Part shown: in pieces, positions 18,788-28,041 of the stretch
How positions within the stretch are numbered: position 1 is the first letter of the stretch
Layout of the letters: every line of letters begins with the position of its first letter
Assembly (NCBI GenBank): GCA_937902735.1
Contig: CALELS010000013.1
Coordinates: 134,523-198,522 of the forward strand
Direction of reading: 5' to 3'
Source: an uncultured Bacillales bacterium
GTDB lineage: Bacteria; Bacillota_I; Bacilli_A; RFN20; CAG-826
DNA: 64,000 bases
Position numbers and translations under genes: made by a program
Notes under the pieces: generated by a model
Database searches by the model: none
The model's input: only the letters and a program-made list of their open reading frames with translations
What the model was told of the DNA's origin: nothing

Positions 18788-19346
18788 AGGCATGGATGGT
18801 GTTGGAAAGAGCACTGTCTGTCAACTTTTAGCAGAAAAGACTGGTTATACTTTTGTAACTAAGCCGCTTCATTATTTAACCGATTCCGATGATAGCAAAG
18901 ACTGGCCTAACTATTTCAGAGCCAGAGATATAGCTAACAATAGTGAAAATCGAGACTTTTCCGCATGGTTTTATGGCCTAGGCTTAATCTACAGCTACGA
19001 AAGATTCAAAAATCAAAACATCATCACGGATAGACATATCGTATCCAATTATTGTTGGAGTGGTGTTCCATCTAATATGGACATCTTTGATTTGCTTATT
19101 AAGAAACTTGGTGCGCCAACACTAACAGTGATTCTATATGCAAATGAAGATACAGTTCGTAGCAGACTCTTGAAAAGAGATCTAACAGATAGTGATTTAA
19201 AACGCGTTGATAAGACTGAAAAAGTCTATGAGAGAATGATAAGCTTCTGCGAGCTAAAACATTTCCCATACATCGTTATAGATACTTCAAAACTTAACCC
19301 AGAACAAATAGTGGACATCGTTCTTAAAAAGATGGAGGTGCTTTAA
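18768..19346 (+). CDS. P-loop nucleotide/nucleoside kinase (thymidylate-kinase/dNK-like)
   Basis: IEGMDGVGKSTV P-loop of the TMPK/dNK family. Confidence 0.65.
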   Translation: MNHISIEGMDGVGKSTVCQLLAEKTGYTFVTKPLHYLTDSDDSKDWPNYFRARDIANNSENRDFSAWFYGLGLIYSYERFKNQNIITDRHIVSNYCWSGVPSNMDIFDLLIKKLGAPTLTVILYANEDTVRSRLLKRDLTDSDLKRVDKTEKVYERMISFCELKHFPYIVIDTSKLNPEQIVDIVLKKMEVL

Positions 19347-21799
19347 TGAACTATAAATACTCAGAAGACATGAAATATTTAGCTCTTTATTGGGCTCTTA
19401 GATTTGTTGAAACAGAAGAAGACATAATGGTCAAAGAATATAAAGGCGGTTATAAAATAACCATTGATGCAGAGCACCAGTATGTTGATTTTGGCAATCG
19501 TATAACTATGATTGGCGACAAGACATTATCTTTAACCGACCATAAATCGTTTGTTGTCCTCGAATGTGTAGATAAACTTCTATCAATGGGTTACCTTCCA
19601 TCAGAGATCATCATAGATCTTCAAAATGAGTTCGATATTTATGCAAACAATTTATATATCAAATGCTTTGAATGGGGTCATATGGATGATAGCAATATCA
19701 CTCCAAAACCAGGTACATTTCTTTCGATTAAATATGAATCTAGATTAATCAGTGGAATCATTGAAAGAAAAACCGAAATCCGTGATGGATATGATACTTT
19801 CGAATATGGCATCTTTGATTTGAAAAAGAAACAACCCGTGTATCAATTAAGACATAAGAACTCCATCAAAACGGATAATAAAGACTTTGTTATCGAAGAT
19901 GATGTTTTCGTTAAATATAACGGTAATGATAAAAAAGTAGTCATACCAGAAGGCATTAAAGCTGTTGGGCCATGTGCGTTTTGGGATAATCAATCAATAG
20001 AAGAAGTGGTGCTTCCTAATTCGCTTATTAGCTTAGGCGGAGACACTTTCTATAATTGCAGAAATCTTAAAAAAGTAGTCATTCCATCTAAGGTAGAGAA
20101 AATTGCTAACAATCCTTTTGCTGGATGTCCTTTACTATCTTTAGAGAACCATTCAAAAAACTTTAAATTAGTGGATGATGTGCTCTTCGATAAAAAGAAA
20201 ACGATCCTTATCTATTACTCAATTTCTAAAAAGAATGAGAAATATAAAATCCCCTATGGTGTATCCATCGTTGGTAAGCATAGTTTCTTTATGGCGGATA
20301 ATCTTAAAGAAGTTATTATTCCATCAACAGTTAGAAAACTTGAAAACAATCCATTTTCTGGCTGTAGCAAACTAGAAGTCATTAATAAGTCTTCCTATAT
20401 TAATATTATTAATAAGGTTATATATAATCGCTTTAAATCAAGTGTCCTTGGTTGCATCAATTCAATTGAAGCAGATGAGCTTGTTTTAGAGCCAGTTAAA
20501 AGCATTGGTAGAAACTCCTTTTGGAATTGCAAAGGCATTAAGAAGATTGTTTTACCTGCTACATTGAAGCAGATTGGTTATAACCCTTTTGTTGGCTGCT
20601 CCAACATTCATTTTGAAAGCCATAGCGACGAGTATGTTGTTGATAATGACATCTTATTTGATAAGAACAAAAACAAAATAGTGTGCTATCCAGCTTGGAA
20701 AGCGGTCGGAGATGTTTATATTCCTGAATCAGTAATTGCTCTTGAAAGAGGCGCTTTTTCAGGATGCAATAGAATGACAGGCATCAACCTCCATAATGTA
20801 AACGTTATTAGCAAATCATGTTTTACAAACTGCTTATCTCTAGAAAGCATTTATTGTAGTGACTTAATCAAATACATTGGCGAATGGGCATTTGCTTATT
20901 GCACGGCGCTTAAGAACATTTCCATTTCACCTAAAACAAAAGTCGACAACAACGCTTTCTCTAATTGCAATCCATTAATTGAGATTAGAAATAATCTAAA
21001 TAACTATGTTATTGAATCTGATAACTTATTCACTTTAATGAGTATGACCGCTAATTATAGTGGAAGGATTGATTCGATTGTTATTGACCCACCATATAAC
21101 TCAAATATCGATTATATCGGCTATAAAGATTCCAATTACGATAATGGTTACATTTCTTTTATGAGGGAAAGACTAATTATTGCTTATCAGCTTTTAAGTA
21201 ATAAAGGTTTCTTGATTATCAACATAGATGATGGCGAGTTCAACAGCTTAACAACTCTATGCAAAGAGATTTTTGGTGATGATCTCGTTTCAACGCATAA
21301 ATGGAAGAAAAAGCATCCATTCTTCGATGCCAACAGGGTTGTATTGAATCCAAATAAAGTTCAAACAGATTTTGAGAACATCATTATTTGTAGAAAAACA
21401 GCTGAAGCAACCCTACATTCAATTTATCAACCTTACATTGATAATGGTGTTTTGAAAGAAAAGGAAACTAATGTACCAGATGTTTTTGATTGCTTTGGAA
21501 CAACGTCTTCTGCAAAAGATGAAATCTGCGAGTTATTTGGTACACGCGAGTATTTCTCAACACCTAAGCCGGTTAAGTTGATTAAAGAATTTGTTAGAGC
21601 AACCACTAATAAGGACTCAATTGTTGCTGATTTCTTCGCCGGTAGTGGAACTCTTGGACACGCAGTTTATGACTTAAACAAAGAAGATGGCGGCAACAGA
21701 CATTTCGTTTTAATTTCAAATAATGAATCTGATATTTGCCGCAAAGTAACTAAAAAGAGAATGGAACTGATTGGTTCAGCGTTCCAATTTCTTGGTTAG
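19346..21799 (+). CDS. Fusion protein: N-terminal domain + ~6 BspA-type leucine-rich repeats + C-terminal beta-class N6A/N4C DNA methyltransferase (PF01555-like)
   Basis: Repeats of the form VVIPEGIKAVGPCAFWDNQSIEEVVLPNSL...FYNCRNLKKVVIP. MTase motifs are IVIDPPYNS (IV), FSTPKPVKLIKEFV and DFFAGSGTLGHA (I), in beta-class order. Confidence 0.8.
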   Translation: MNYKYSEDMKYLALYWALRFVETEEDIMVKEYKGGYKITIDAEHQYVDFGNRITMIGDKTLSLTDHKSFVVLECVDKLLSMGYLPSEIIIDLQNEFDIYANNLYIKCFEWGHMDDSNITPKPGTFLSIKYESRLISGIIERKTEIRDGYDTFEYGIFDLKKKQPVYQLRHKNSIKTDNKDFVIEDDVFVKYNGNDKKVVIPEGIKAVGPCAFWDNQSIEEVVLPNSLISLGGDTFYNCRNLKKVVIPSKVEKIANNPFAGCPLLSLENHSKNFKLVDDVLFDKKKTILIYYSISKKNEKYKIPYGVSIVGKHSFFMADNLKEVIIPSTVRKLENNPFSGCSKLEVINKSSYINIINKVIYNRFKSSVLGCINSIEADELVLEPVKSIGRNSFWNCKGIKKIVLPATLKQIGYNPFVGCSNIHFESHSDEYVVDNDILFDKNKNKIVCYPAWKAVGDVYIPESVIALERGAFSGCNRMTGINLHNVNVISKSCFTNCLSLESIYCSDLIKYIGEWAFAYCTALKNISISPKTKVDNNAFSNCNPLIEIRNNLNNYVIESDNLFTLMSMTANYSGRIDSIVIDPPYNSNIDYIGYKDSNYDNGYISFMRERLIIAYQLLSNKGFLIINIDDGEFNSLTTLCKEIFGDDLVSTHKWKKKHPFFDANRVVLNPNKVQTDFENIIICRKTAEATLHSIYQPYIDNGVLKEKETNVPDVFDCFGTTSSAKDEICELFGTREYFSTPKPVKLIKEFVRATTNKDSIVADFFAGSGTLGHAVYDLNKEDGGNRHFVLISNNESDICRKVTKKRMELIGSAFQFLG

Positions 21800-21811
21800 G
21801 AGGAAGCATAT

Positions 21812-21991
21812 ATGTTCGATGTTCCAACTTGGGCTACTGTATTAGGAATAATCAATACAGTGATTAGCATGATAGCTTGTCCTATCATTGCAGGGTATAA
21901 GAACAGGAGCGTAGCCGGATGGTTTTTCGGAGGGTTATTCCTTGGACTTATTGGACTAATTATCGTTGCTTGTTTGCCTAGAAAAGACTAA
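21812..21991 (+). CDS. Small (59 aa) two-TM membrane protein, paralog of 4309..4491 (below ORF-track size cutoff)
   Basis: An AGGAGGAAGCATAT RBS precedes the ATG at 21812; stop TAA at 21989-21991. Sequence MFDVPTWATVLGIINTVISMIACPIIAGYKNRSVAGWFFGGLFLGLIGLIIVACLPRKD. Confidence 0.5.
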   Translation: MFDVPTWATVLGIINTVISMIACPIIAGYKNRSVAGWFFGGLFLGLIGLIIVACLPRKD

Positions 21992-22041
21992 ATGAAAAAG
22001 ACCACATTTCCTAAAAATAACTGGGATTTGTGGCCTTTTTG

Positions 22042-23781
22042 CTATAAAACAACAACTTTATACGCTAATGTTTGCGTCTTGAATGGGTCCTTACATTTGA
22101 TGTATCCATCTAGGATTGATGGTAGTGCAGCAATGGCTTGTCTGCTCTCTCTAAATTTATCTAGAGTGATTTTATTTGATGCATCGATTGTCACTACAAT
22201 TTCATGTTTATCAACCGCGATAATACGGTAGAAGAAGCAGTCCATCATTTCTTTGGTAAGCATCTTATAAGTTATTTCTTTGCCTTTTAAGATATCAATC
22301 ATCTTGGATAAGCGGACTTCAGCTTCTTTTCTTAAGACGGTCTTATCTTGGACCCTTTGTATTTCTGCGACTACGTTTTGATAATCATTAACTAAATCTT
22401 GGTAACGTGTATCCAATGTCTTTCTCATCTCAACCGTATTAGCGGCTGCTCTTTCTTTTAACAAGAAGTCGATATCTCCATTAAGTTGGCTCTTCTTTTC
22501 GAGTAGCCTATTGAGTTCTTCGTCAACATCTGTTTCTTCTGATAACGTAGATGTTAAAGCTTTAGATAGTTTATTAAAGGCATTAGTGTTACCCATATAA
22601 AGTTTATTAATGATATCAGCACATGCTCTTAGAATCATGTTTTCACTAAGTGGTTTTGAGTGGCATCGATGGGTTTTAGTTGGATAGATATAAGTATTGC
22701 ATTGGAACATAATCTTTGGCTGTCCATCAGGATAACCTTTATACCATGTTCTTCTTTTATAGGATGCTCCACAGCCATAGCAGATAATCATGCCGCTTAA
22801 TGGATGTTTGGTGTTGTATTTACTTAAATCTCTATTCTTCCCAACTGCTTTAGCGGATTGAGACTTAAGTCTAGCTTGCACTCTATTCCATTGTTCTATA
22901 GAAATAATGGGTTCATGTGCTCCCTCGACTTTATACTTTTGTCTTTGACCTCTATTTTCTCTACGCTTATGGGTAAGATAATCAACGGTATAAGTCTTTT
23001 GGAGTAATAAGTCACCCATGTATTTTTCGTTTCTAAGCATTCCTAGAACAGTGGTGTTATTCCAATTGGTTCTACCAGTCATGGTTTTAATGCCACGCTT
23101 TTTAAGTTCTCTACATATGGTGTCTGGTCCCTTGCCTGAATCATATAAATCAAATATCAAACGAACCACTTTAGCTTGCTCTTCATTGATGACTAATTGC
23201 TTTTTATCTTCGCTTAGGTCATAGCCCATGAAGTTTGATGGTGCTACAAATGGCACACCTTCACGCATTTTCTTTTGTACGGTCCATGTAACGTTCTCTG
23301 AAATGTGTCTACTCTCTTCTTGAGCCATAGAGCTAATTATTGAAAACATGAATTCGTTTTTAGCATCAAAGGTGCTTAGTCTTTCATTATCAAAATAAAC
23401 TTCGACACCTATTTCTTTCAGTTCACGTATTGTCTGGATTGTTAAGACAGTGTTTCTTGCAAATCTTGATATCGACTTAACTAGGATTAAATCAATCTTG
23501 CCAGCTTTGGCATCTTTAATCATTTGATTGAAACCGTTTCTACCTTTCGCTGACGTGCCGGATATACCTTCATCTGCGTAAACCTTTACTAATTGATAAT
23601 CAGGATTCTCAAGGATCCTTTTGGTCCACTCTTCAATTTGGTTGTTAAAAGAAGTGGATTGCTCTTCGCTGTCAGTACTAACACGACAGTACGCCGCAAC
23701 GCGTTTTACTCGCGACTCAGATAGATCTTTATCAAATATGCTATCCACCTTTGTAGGAGCAATAATTTGTACATTATTCAT
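22042..23781 (-). CDS. Large serine recombinase (resolvase catalytic domain + recombinase domain + Zn ribbon + coiled coil)
   Basis: AAYCRVSTDSEEQ catalytic Ser motif; CYGCG...C zinc ribbon; ~579 aa. Confidence 0.9.
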   Translation of the reverse strand: MNNVQIIAPTKVDSIFDKDLSESRVKRVAAYCRVSTDSEEQSTSFNNQIEEWTKRILENPDYQLVKVYADEGISGTSAKGRNGFNQMIKDAKAGKIDLILVKSISRFARNTVLTIQTIRELKEIGVEVYFDNERLSTFDAKNEFMFSIISSMAQEESRHISENVTWTVQKKMREGVPFVAPSNFMGYDLSEDKKQLVINEEQAKVVRLIFDLYDSGKGPDTICRELKKRGIKTMTGRTNWNNTTVLGMLRNEKYMGDLLLQKTYTVDYLTHKRRENRGQRQKYKVEGAHEPIISIEQWNRVQARLKSQSAKAVGKNRDLSKYNTKHPLSGMIICYGCGASYKRRTWYKGYPDGQPKIMFQCNTYIYPTKTHRCHSKPLSENMILRACADIINKLYMGNTNAFNKLSKALTSTLSEETDVDEELNRLLEKKSQLNGDIDFLLKERAAANTVEMRKTLDTRYQDLVNDYQNVVAEIQRVQDKTVLRKEAEVRLSKMIDILKGKEITYKMLTKEMMDCFFYRIIAVDKHEIVVTIDASNKITLDKFRESRQAIAALPSILDGYIKCKDPFKTQTLAYKVVVL

Positions 23782-23794
23782 TTATGAATACCTC

Positions 23795-23974
23795 CTACAC
23801 ATATACATCACTCTTGTTGGTATCATTATCAACAATTATGTCCCCTAAATGCAGGGTAGACTTGATACGAGCGTATTCATCTGGTGTGAGTAATTTTTCT
23901 TTATAGAAGTATGATAGGATCGCCACGATAATAGTGGCTTCCATTTCCTTATTATTAATATTTTGTATAGACAT
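23795..23974 (-). CDS. Small protein upstream of the recombinase (start at the internal ATG with a GAGGAG RBS)
   Basis: GAGGAGATTTTTT-ATG context; MSIQNINNKEMEATIIVAILSYFYKEK... Confidence 0.4.
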   Translation of the reverse strand: MSIQNINNKEMEATIIVAILSYFYKEKLLTPDEYARIKSTLHLGDIIVDNDTNKSDVYV

Positions 23975-24685
23975 AAAAAATCTCCTCGCCATTAAAGGCA
24001 AGAAGACATACGAGCAGTAAAGAATGCTCAATCTTTTCAACGCACCCTAATCTTATCACACCTAGCAGTGGTTCCCTAGATGCCCACAGGACATCAATTT
24101 CTATTAATAAGTCAAATAAGTCAAAAGCATTTACACACGCGATAACTTTAATAAATCCGATGATTTCTGCTTACGCGCGTAAAGAAAAAATTGCAAAAAT
24201 CGCTCCCATTGGTCCCATAGGGTTTGAGCGGTACAAACAAACTTTTTGGAAACCCGTCTTTTTAAATCTCACTTGTCCCTAGTGAGGTGAAAGGTGAGGT
24301 CAATGAGGTCATTTCTAAACTTTTTGTAAAAATCACTAAAAGTGAAAAAGAAAATGTGAGCAGAACAATGAGATAACCGCCATTAACTAGTGAGGGGATT
24401 AGAGTGTTTGCTTAAAAAAGTTAAAAGCTATACCCCAAAACAGCCCCACAAATGTGTGTAGTAGTGAAGAAGCTTAAGAAAGTTTGCTTCTAGGGTTAAC
24501 GATCTATCTTCTAAATGTCCTTATATCGCCTGAGATAGTAGACAAAATCTGCACACTTGGGTAACTAATTCGCCATAAACTGGTGAAAAGATGGTAGAAG
24601 GGGGGTCAAAAGACCAGATTCTTCTCCATATATAGTGAGGCTGATGTCTTGCCTAAAAAGACAAATCTTAAGAAAGGATAGTACT

Positions 24686-24937
24686 ATGAACAAAACTAAC
24701 GCAATGAGAATGTATCTTGTTATCAAAAGAGAGACTCTAGGTCTATCTATGCGCGAGACGTCACGCTTGTTACAGATGGATTTTCATTATTATTACCGTA
24801 TTGAGACTGGACTAATAACACGTGTAAGTTTTATCTCTTTGTGTAATATCGCGATGGTTTTAGGGATTAGTTTAAATGATCTCTTCAATATGGAGACGAT
24901 ATATCAAAAACAAAGCAAAGGAGCAGTGGATTTATGA
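24686..24937 (+). CDS. XRE-like HTH regulator, divergent from the recombinase
   Basis: KRETLGLSMRETSRLLQMDFHYYYRIETG. An AAAGGA RBS lies before the ATG at 24686. Confidence 0.55.
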   Translation: MNKTNAMRMYLVIKRETLGLSMRETSRLLQMDFHYYYRIETGLITRVSFISLCNIAMVLGISLNDLFNMETIYQKQSKGAVDL

Positions 24938-25025
24938 CAATCTTTTTAACGCAAAACCAGAAGACATAGTCGTTTAGTTTGCTGCTCCTAGCTTACTTGT
25001 TGGATTTAATAGGAGGCTAGTAGCT

Positions 25026-27224
25026 ATGAAGTTTTACAAATCCAATGTGTTGGGTATGCCTAGTAATACTAGATATCCTCACGAATTCGAAGCAAAACAA
25101 ACGACAAACAAAGAACAAATACGACAAATATTTAATAAGGACTATGTATGCGCTACATACAAGTATGACAAAAGGGACTGTGCTAACTTTCTAGTTTCAG
25201 ATTGTTTGGCTCTAGATTGTGACAACGACCATAGTGATGATCCAAATGCTTGGATTACTCCTGAGAACCTCATCAGTGAATTTGATAATGTGTTCATGAT
25301 CTTCCATATGTCTAGAAACAACATGAAAGAAAAAGATGGCAAAGCACCTAGACCTAAGTTTCATGTCTTTATGTCGATGGAACCAATTAAGAATCCAGAA
25401 GCATACGCGGAATTAAAAAGAAAAATTAATACCATATGGCCTTATTTTGACAAAAATGCAGAAGATGCTGCTCGTTTCTTCTTTGGCACTGAAGAACCTG
25501 AAGTTATTGTCTCTCCTGGTAAATTAACCATAAACGCTTATATCGACGCTTATGAAAAATTCGCCAATATGGACGATGATAATCAAGTCATTAAGTGTGG
25601 AGAAAGAAACTCAAAGTTATCTAAGTACGCTGCGATTATCTTAAAAAGATATGGCGATACTGAAGAAACCAGACAACTCTTCGAGGACAAAAATGAAAAA
25701 TGCTGTGAAGAACCACTTGAAGATTCTGAATTAAACCTCATTTGGAATAGTGCTCTTAAATTCTATAAAACAAAGATACTCACTAATCCGAATTATGTGA
25801 AACCAGATGAGTATGGTGGCGAATCCTATGTACCAAGTGACATGTCTGATGTTGGACAAGCATTAAAGTTTAGTGAGCATTATGGCTCTATTATCGCTTA
25901 TAACCCTGCGATGAAGTTTGTGGTCTATGACCAAAATAGATGGGTTGAAAGTGAAGAGCTTGCTCTAGCGGTCTTACATCAATTCACTAATAAACAAATC
26001 ATGGAAGCTTTTAAGCTCTATAGAGAAGCTAGTGATAGTGGTGATAAAGAAAGAATTGATAAGGCGAAAGCATATCTAAAATTTGTAACTAGCCGCAGAA
26101 ACTCTAACTATATCAACGCGACATTAAAACAAGCTACTCCTTATATAGGTGTTGATACTGAGAAATTCGATGCAGATCCGTTTCTCTTATCTACTCCTGA
26201 AGGTGTTTATGATTTAAGGATTGGTCCTTTTAGGCCAAAGCCACATAAACCAGAAGACTATATCACCAAAATGACTGCATGTTCCCCTTCTTTTAAAGGT
26301 AAGGACATCTGGGAGGAATCTTTAAATAAGATATTCTCAAACAATAAGGAATTAATTAGATACGTACAGCAGTGCTGTGGCTTAGCGGCAGTAGGAGCGG
26401 TATATGTTGAAATGATGCTTATTGCTCACGGTGAAGGCGGTAATGGTAAATCAACATTCTGGAACACCATCTTAAAAGTGTTCGGTGACTATGGTGGGAC
26501 TCTTAACAGTGACAATCTATTCGTAAATAACGGTAAATCATCTAGATTTGAAAAAGCGTTCCTAAAAGGAAAAAGACTAATCATTTCTAGCGAAAACGAA
26601 CAGGGAGCAAGGCTTAATGATGGAATGATCAAACAGCTATGTTCCACTGATAGAATCAAAGGTGAAAAGAAGTTCAAAGATGAGTTTGACTTTACTCCTT
26701 CTCATACAATGATTCTTTACACCAACCATTTGCCTAAAGTCACCACTGGTGATGATGGCACATGGCGTAGACTAAAAGTTATTCCGTTTACTAATAAGTT
26801 CACAGGCAATAACGACATTAAGAACTATTCCGAGTATCTATTTGAAAACTGTAAGGAATATATTCTATTTTGGGTCATGGAGGGTGCGAAAATTGTCATA
26901 GACAATAAATTCCACATCGAAGAGCCAAACGTCGTTCTAGAAGCTTGTAAACGATATAAGAATGAGAATGACTGGTTACATCAATTCATCAATGAGTGCT
27001 GTAAGCTCGGCGAAGATGAAAAAGTCAGCTCTGGAGAGCTTTATCTAAAGTATAGAGATTATGCTTGGCATAGAAATGAATATGTTCGTCCAAGTAATGA
27101 TTTCAAAGCAGCGATGGAGCTTGCTGGATTTAAAACGACTCATCCTCATAACAAAGTTATCTATCATGGCATCCGATTACTTACTGATAATGAATTGGGT
27201 GTCGAGGATGACTTTCTAAGTTAA
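25026..27224 (+). CDS. Phage/plasmid primase-helicase (P4/D5 family, SF3 NTPase C-terminal domain)
   Basis: LIAHGEGGNGKSTFWNTI Walker A, typical of P4-family primase C-terminal domains; 732 aa. Confidence 0.8.
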   Translation: MKFYKSNVLGMPSNTRYPHEFEAKQTTNKEQIRQIFNKDYVCATYKYDKRDCANFLVSDCLALDCDNDHSDDPNAWITPENLISEFDNVFMIFHMSRNNMKEKDGKAPRPKFHVFMSMEPIKNPEAYAELKRKINTIWPYFDKNAEDAARFFFGTEEPEVIVSPGKLTINAYIDAYEKFANMDDDNQVIKCGERNSKLSKYAAIILKRYGDTEETRQLFEDKNEKCCEEPLEDSELNLIWNSALKFYKTKILTNPNYVKPDEYGGESYVPSDMSDVGQALKFSEHYGSIIAYNPAMKFVVYDQNRWVESEELALAVLHQFTNKQIMEAFKLYREASDSGDKERIDKAKAYLKFVTSRRNSNYINATLKQATPYIGVDTEKFDADPFLLSTPEGVYDLRIGPFRPKPHKPEDYITKMTACSPSFKGKDIWEESLNKIFSNNKELIRYVQQCCGLAAVGAVYVEMMLIAHGEGGNGKSTFWNTILKVFGDYGGTLNSDNLFVNNGKSSRFEKAFLKGKRLIISSENEQGARLNDGMIKQLCSTDRIKGEKKFKDEFDFTPSHTMILYTNHLPKVTTGDDGTWRRLKVIPFTNKFTGNNDIKNYSEYLFENCKEYILFWVMEGAKIVIDNKFHIEEPNVVLEACKRYKNENDWLHQFINECCKLGEDEKVSSGELYLKYRDYAWHRNEYVRPSNDFKAAMELAGFKTTHPHNKVIYHGIRLLTDNELGVEDDFLS

Positions 27225-27239
27225 CTAAGGTTAGGCCGG

Positions 27240-27690
27240 TTAGGTTTATAACTACAACTCGCATAAGGAAGATTTTAATAGGGTCTATCCATATAGGAAG
27301 TAGTAGTTAATGAACTAACACACCTAACCTTTTCTTTATCTTAGTTTCAAAAAAAGTTATGAAATGAGTTCTCCGACCTCTCCTTATACCCCCCCTATGT
27401 ACTAAGTACATGATGCCATAGTACCGACTGGCCCGACGTCAGAAATACGGGAGGCAAATTTTCTCAGTTTTTGGATAATTCTCAGTACCATAAAGGGGAG
27501 GGGGTATCTGAATCTCTACGACTAAAAAAGTGGACACCGGCCTGGGGTTTCACGCACAAAAATCGCGAAATCAAAGGGGGAATAGGGTAAAAAGCAAACG
27601 CTGCTAATTTTATATCCATTAGGATATAACTTGCTATATTTCTCGACAAGAGCGACTATGTGTTTAGGAGGAAAAAAGCGTAAAAAACTT
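27240..27690. other. Structured noncoding region downstream of the primase: candidate replication origin of the element
   Basis: Palindrome ATGTACTAAGTACAT, complementary C-run and G-run (TATACCCCCCCT / AGGGGAGGGGGTAT), GGTTAGG/CCTAACC arms, and GC content well above the local background. Confidence 0.3.
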
Positions 27691-27946
27691 GAAAAAACGC
27701 ATTAAAAATATGAAAGAAAGTGAATTAAAAATCGGCATTAAAGTAAAAGCTATTTTAAGAGAAGATGGCAAGCATATTGTAGTCGGTGAGATCATGAGCA
27801 TTACGCTTGATAATCACCCATACCAAGAAACATGGGTATCGCTAAATGTGAGTGGTGGAGATGTTAATGATGACCAAGTCCATCTCATGATTAGAGATAA
27901 CGTGAATGTAACTATCCCGGCAGTAGATGTACTTGGATTATATTAA
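27689..27946 (+). CDS. Hypothetical small protein
   Basis: ORF only; start ambiguous between 27689 and 27710. Confidence 0.35.
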   Translation: MKKRIKNMKESELKIGIKVKAILREDGKHIVVGEIMSITLDNHPYQETWVSLNVSGGDVNDDQVHLMIRDNVNVTIPAVDVLGLY

Positions 27947-28041
27947 ATTTGTTACTAGTATATTAGCTTTTTCTTAACTAGTAATAGTGAAGAACGATAA
28001 AATATGATATCATTTTTGAGACGTGTTGCGAGGAATGTTTT

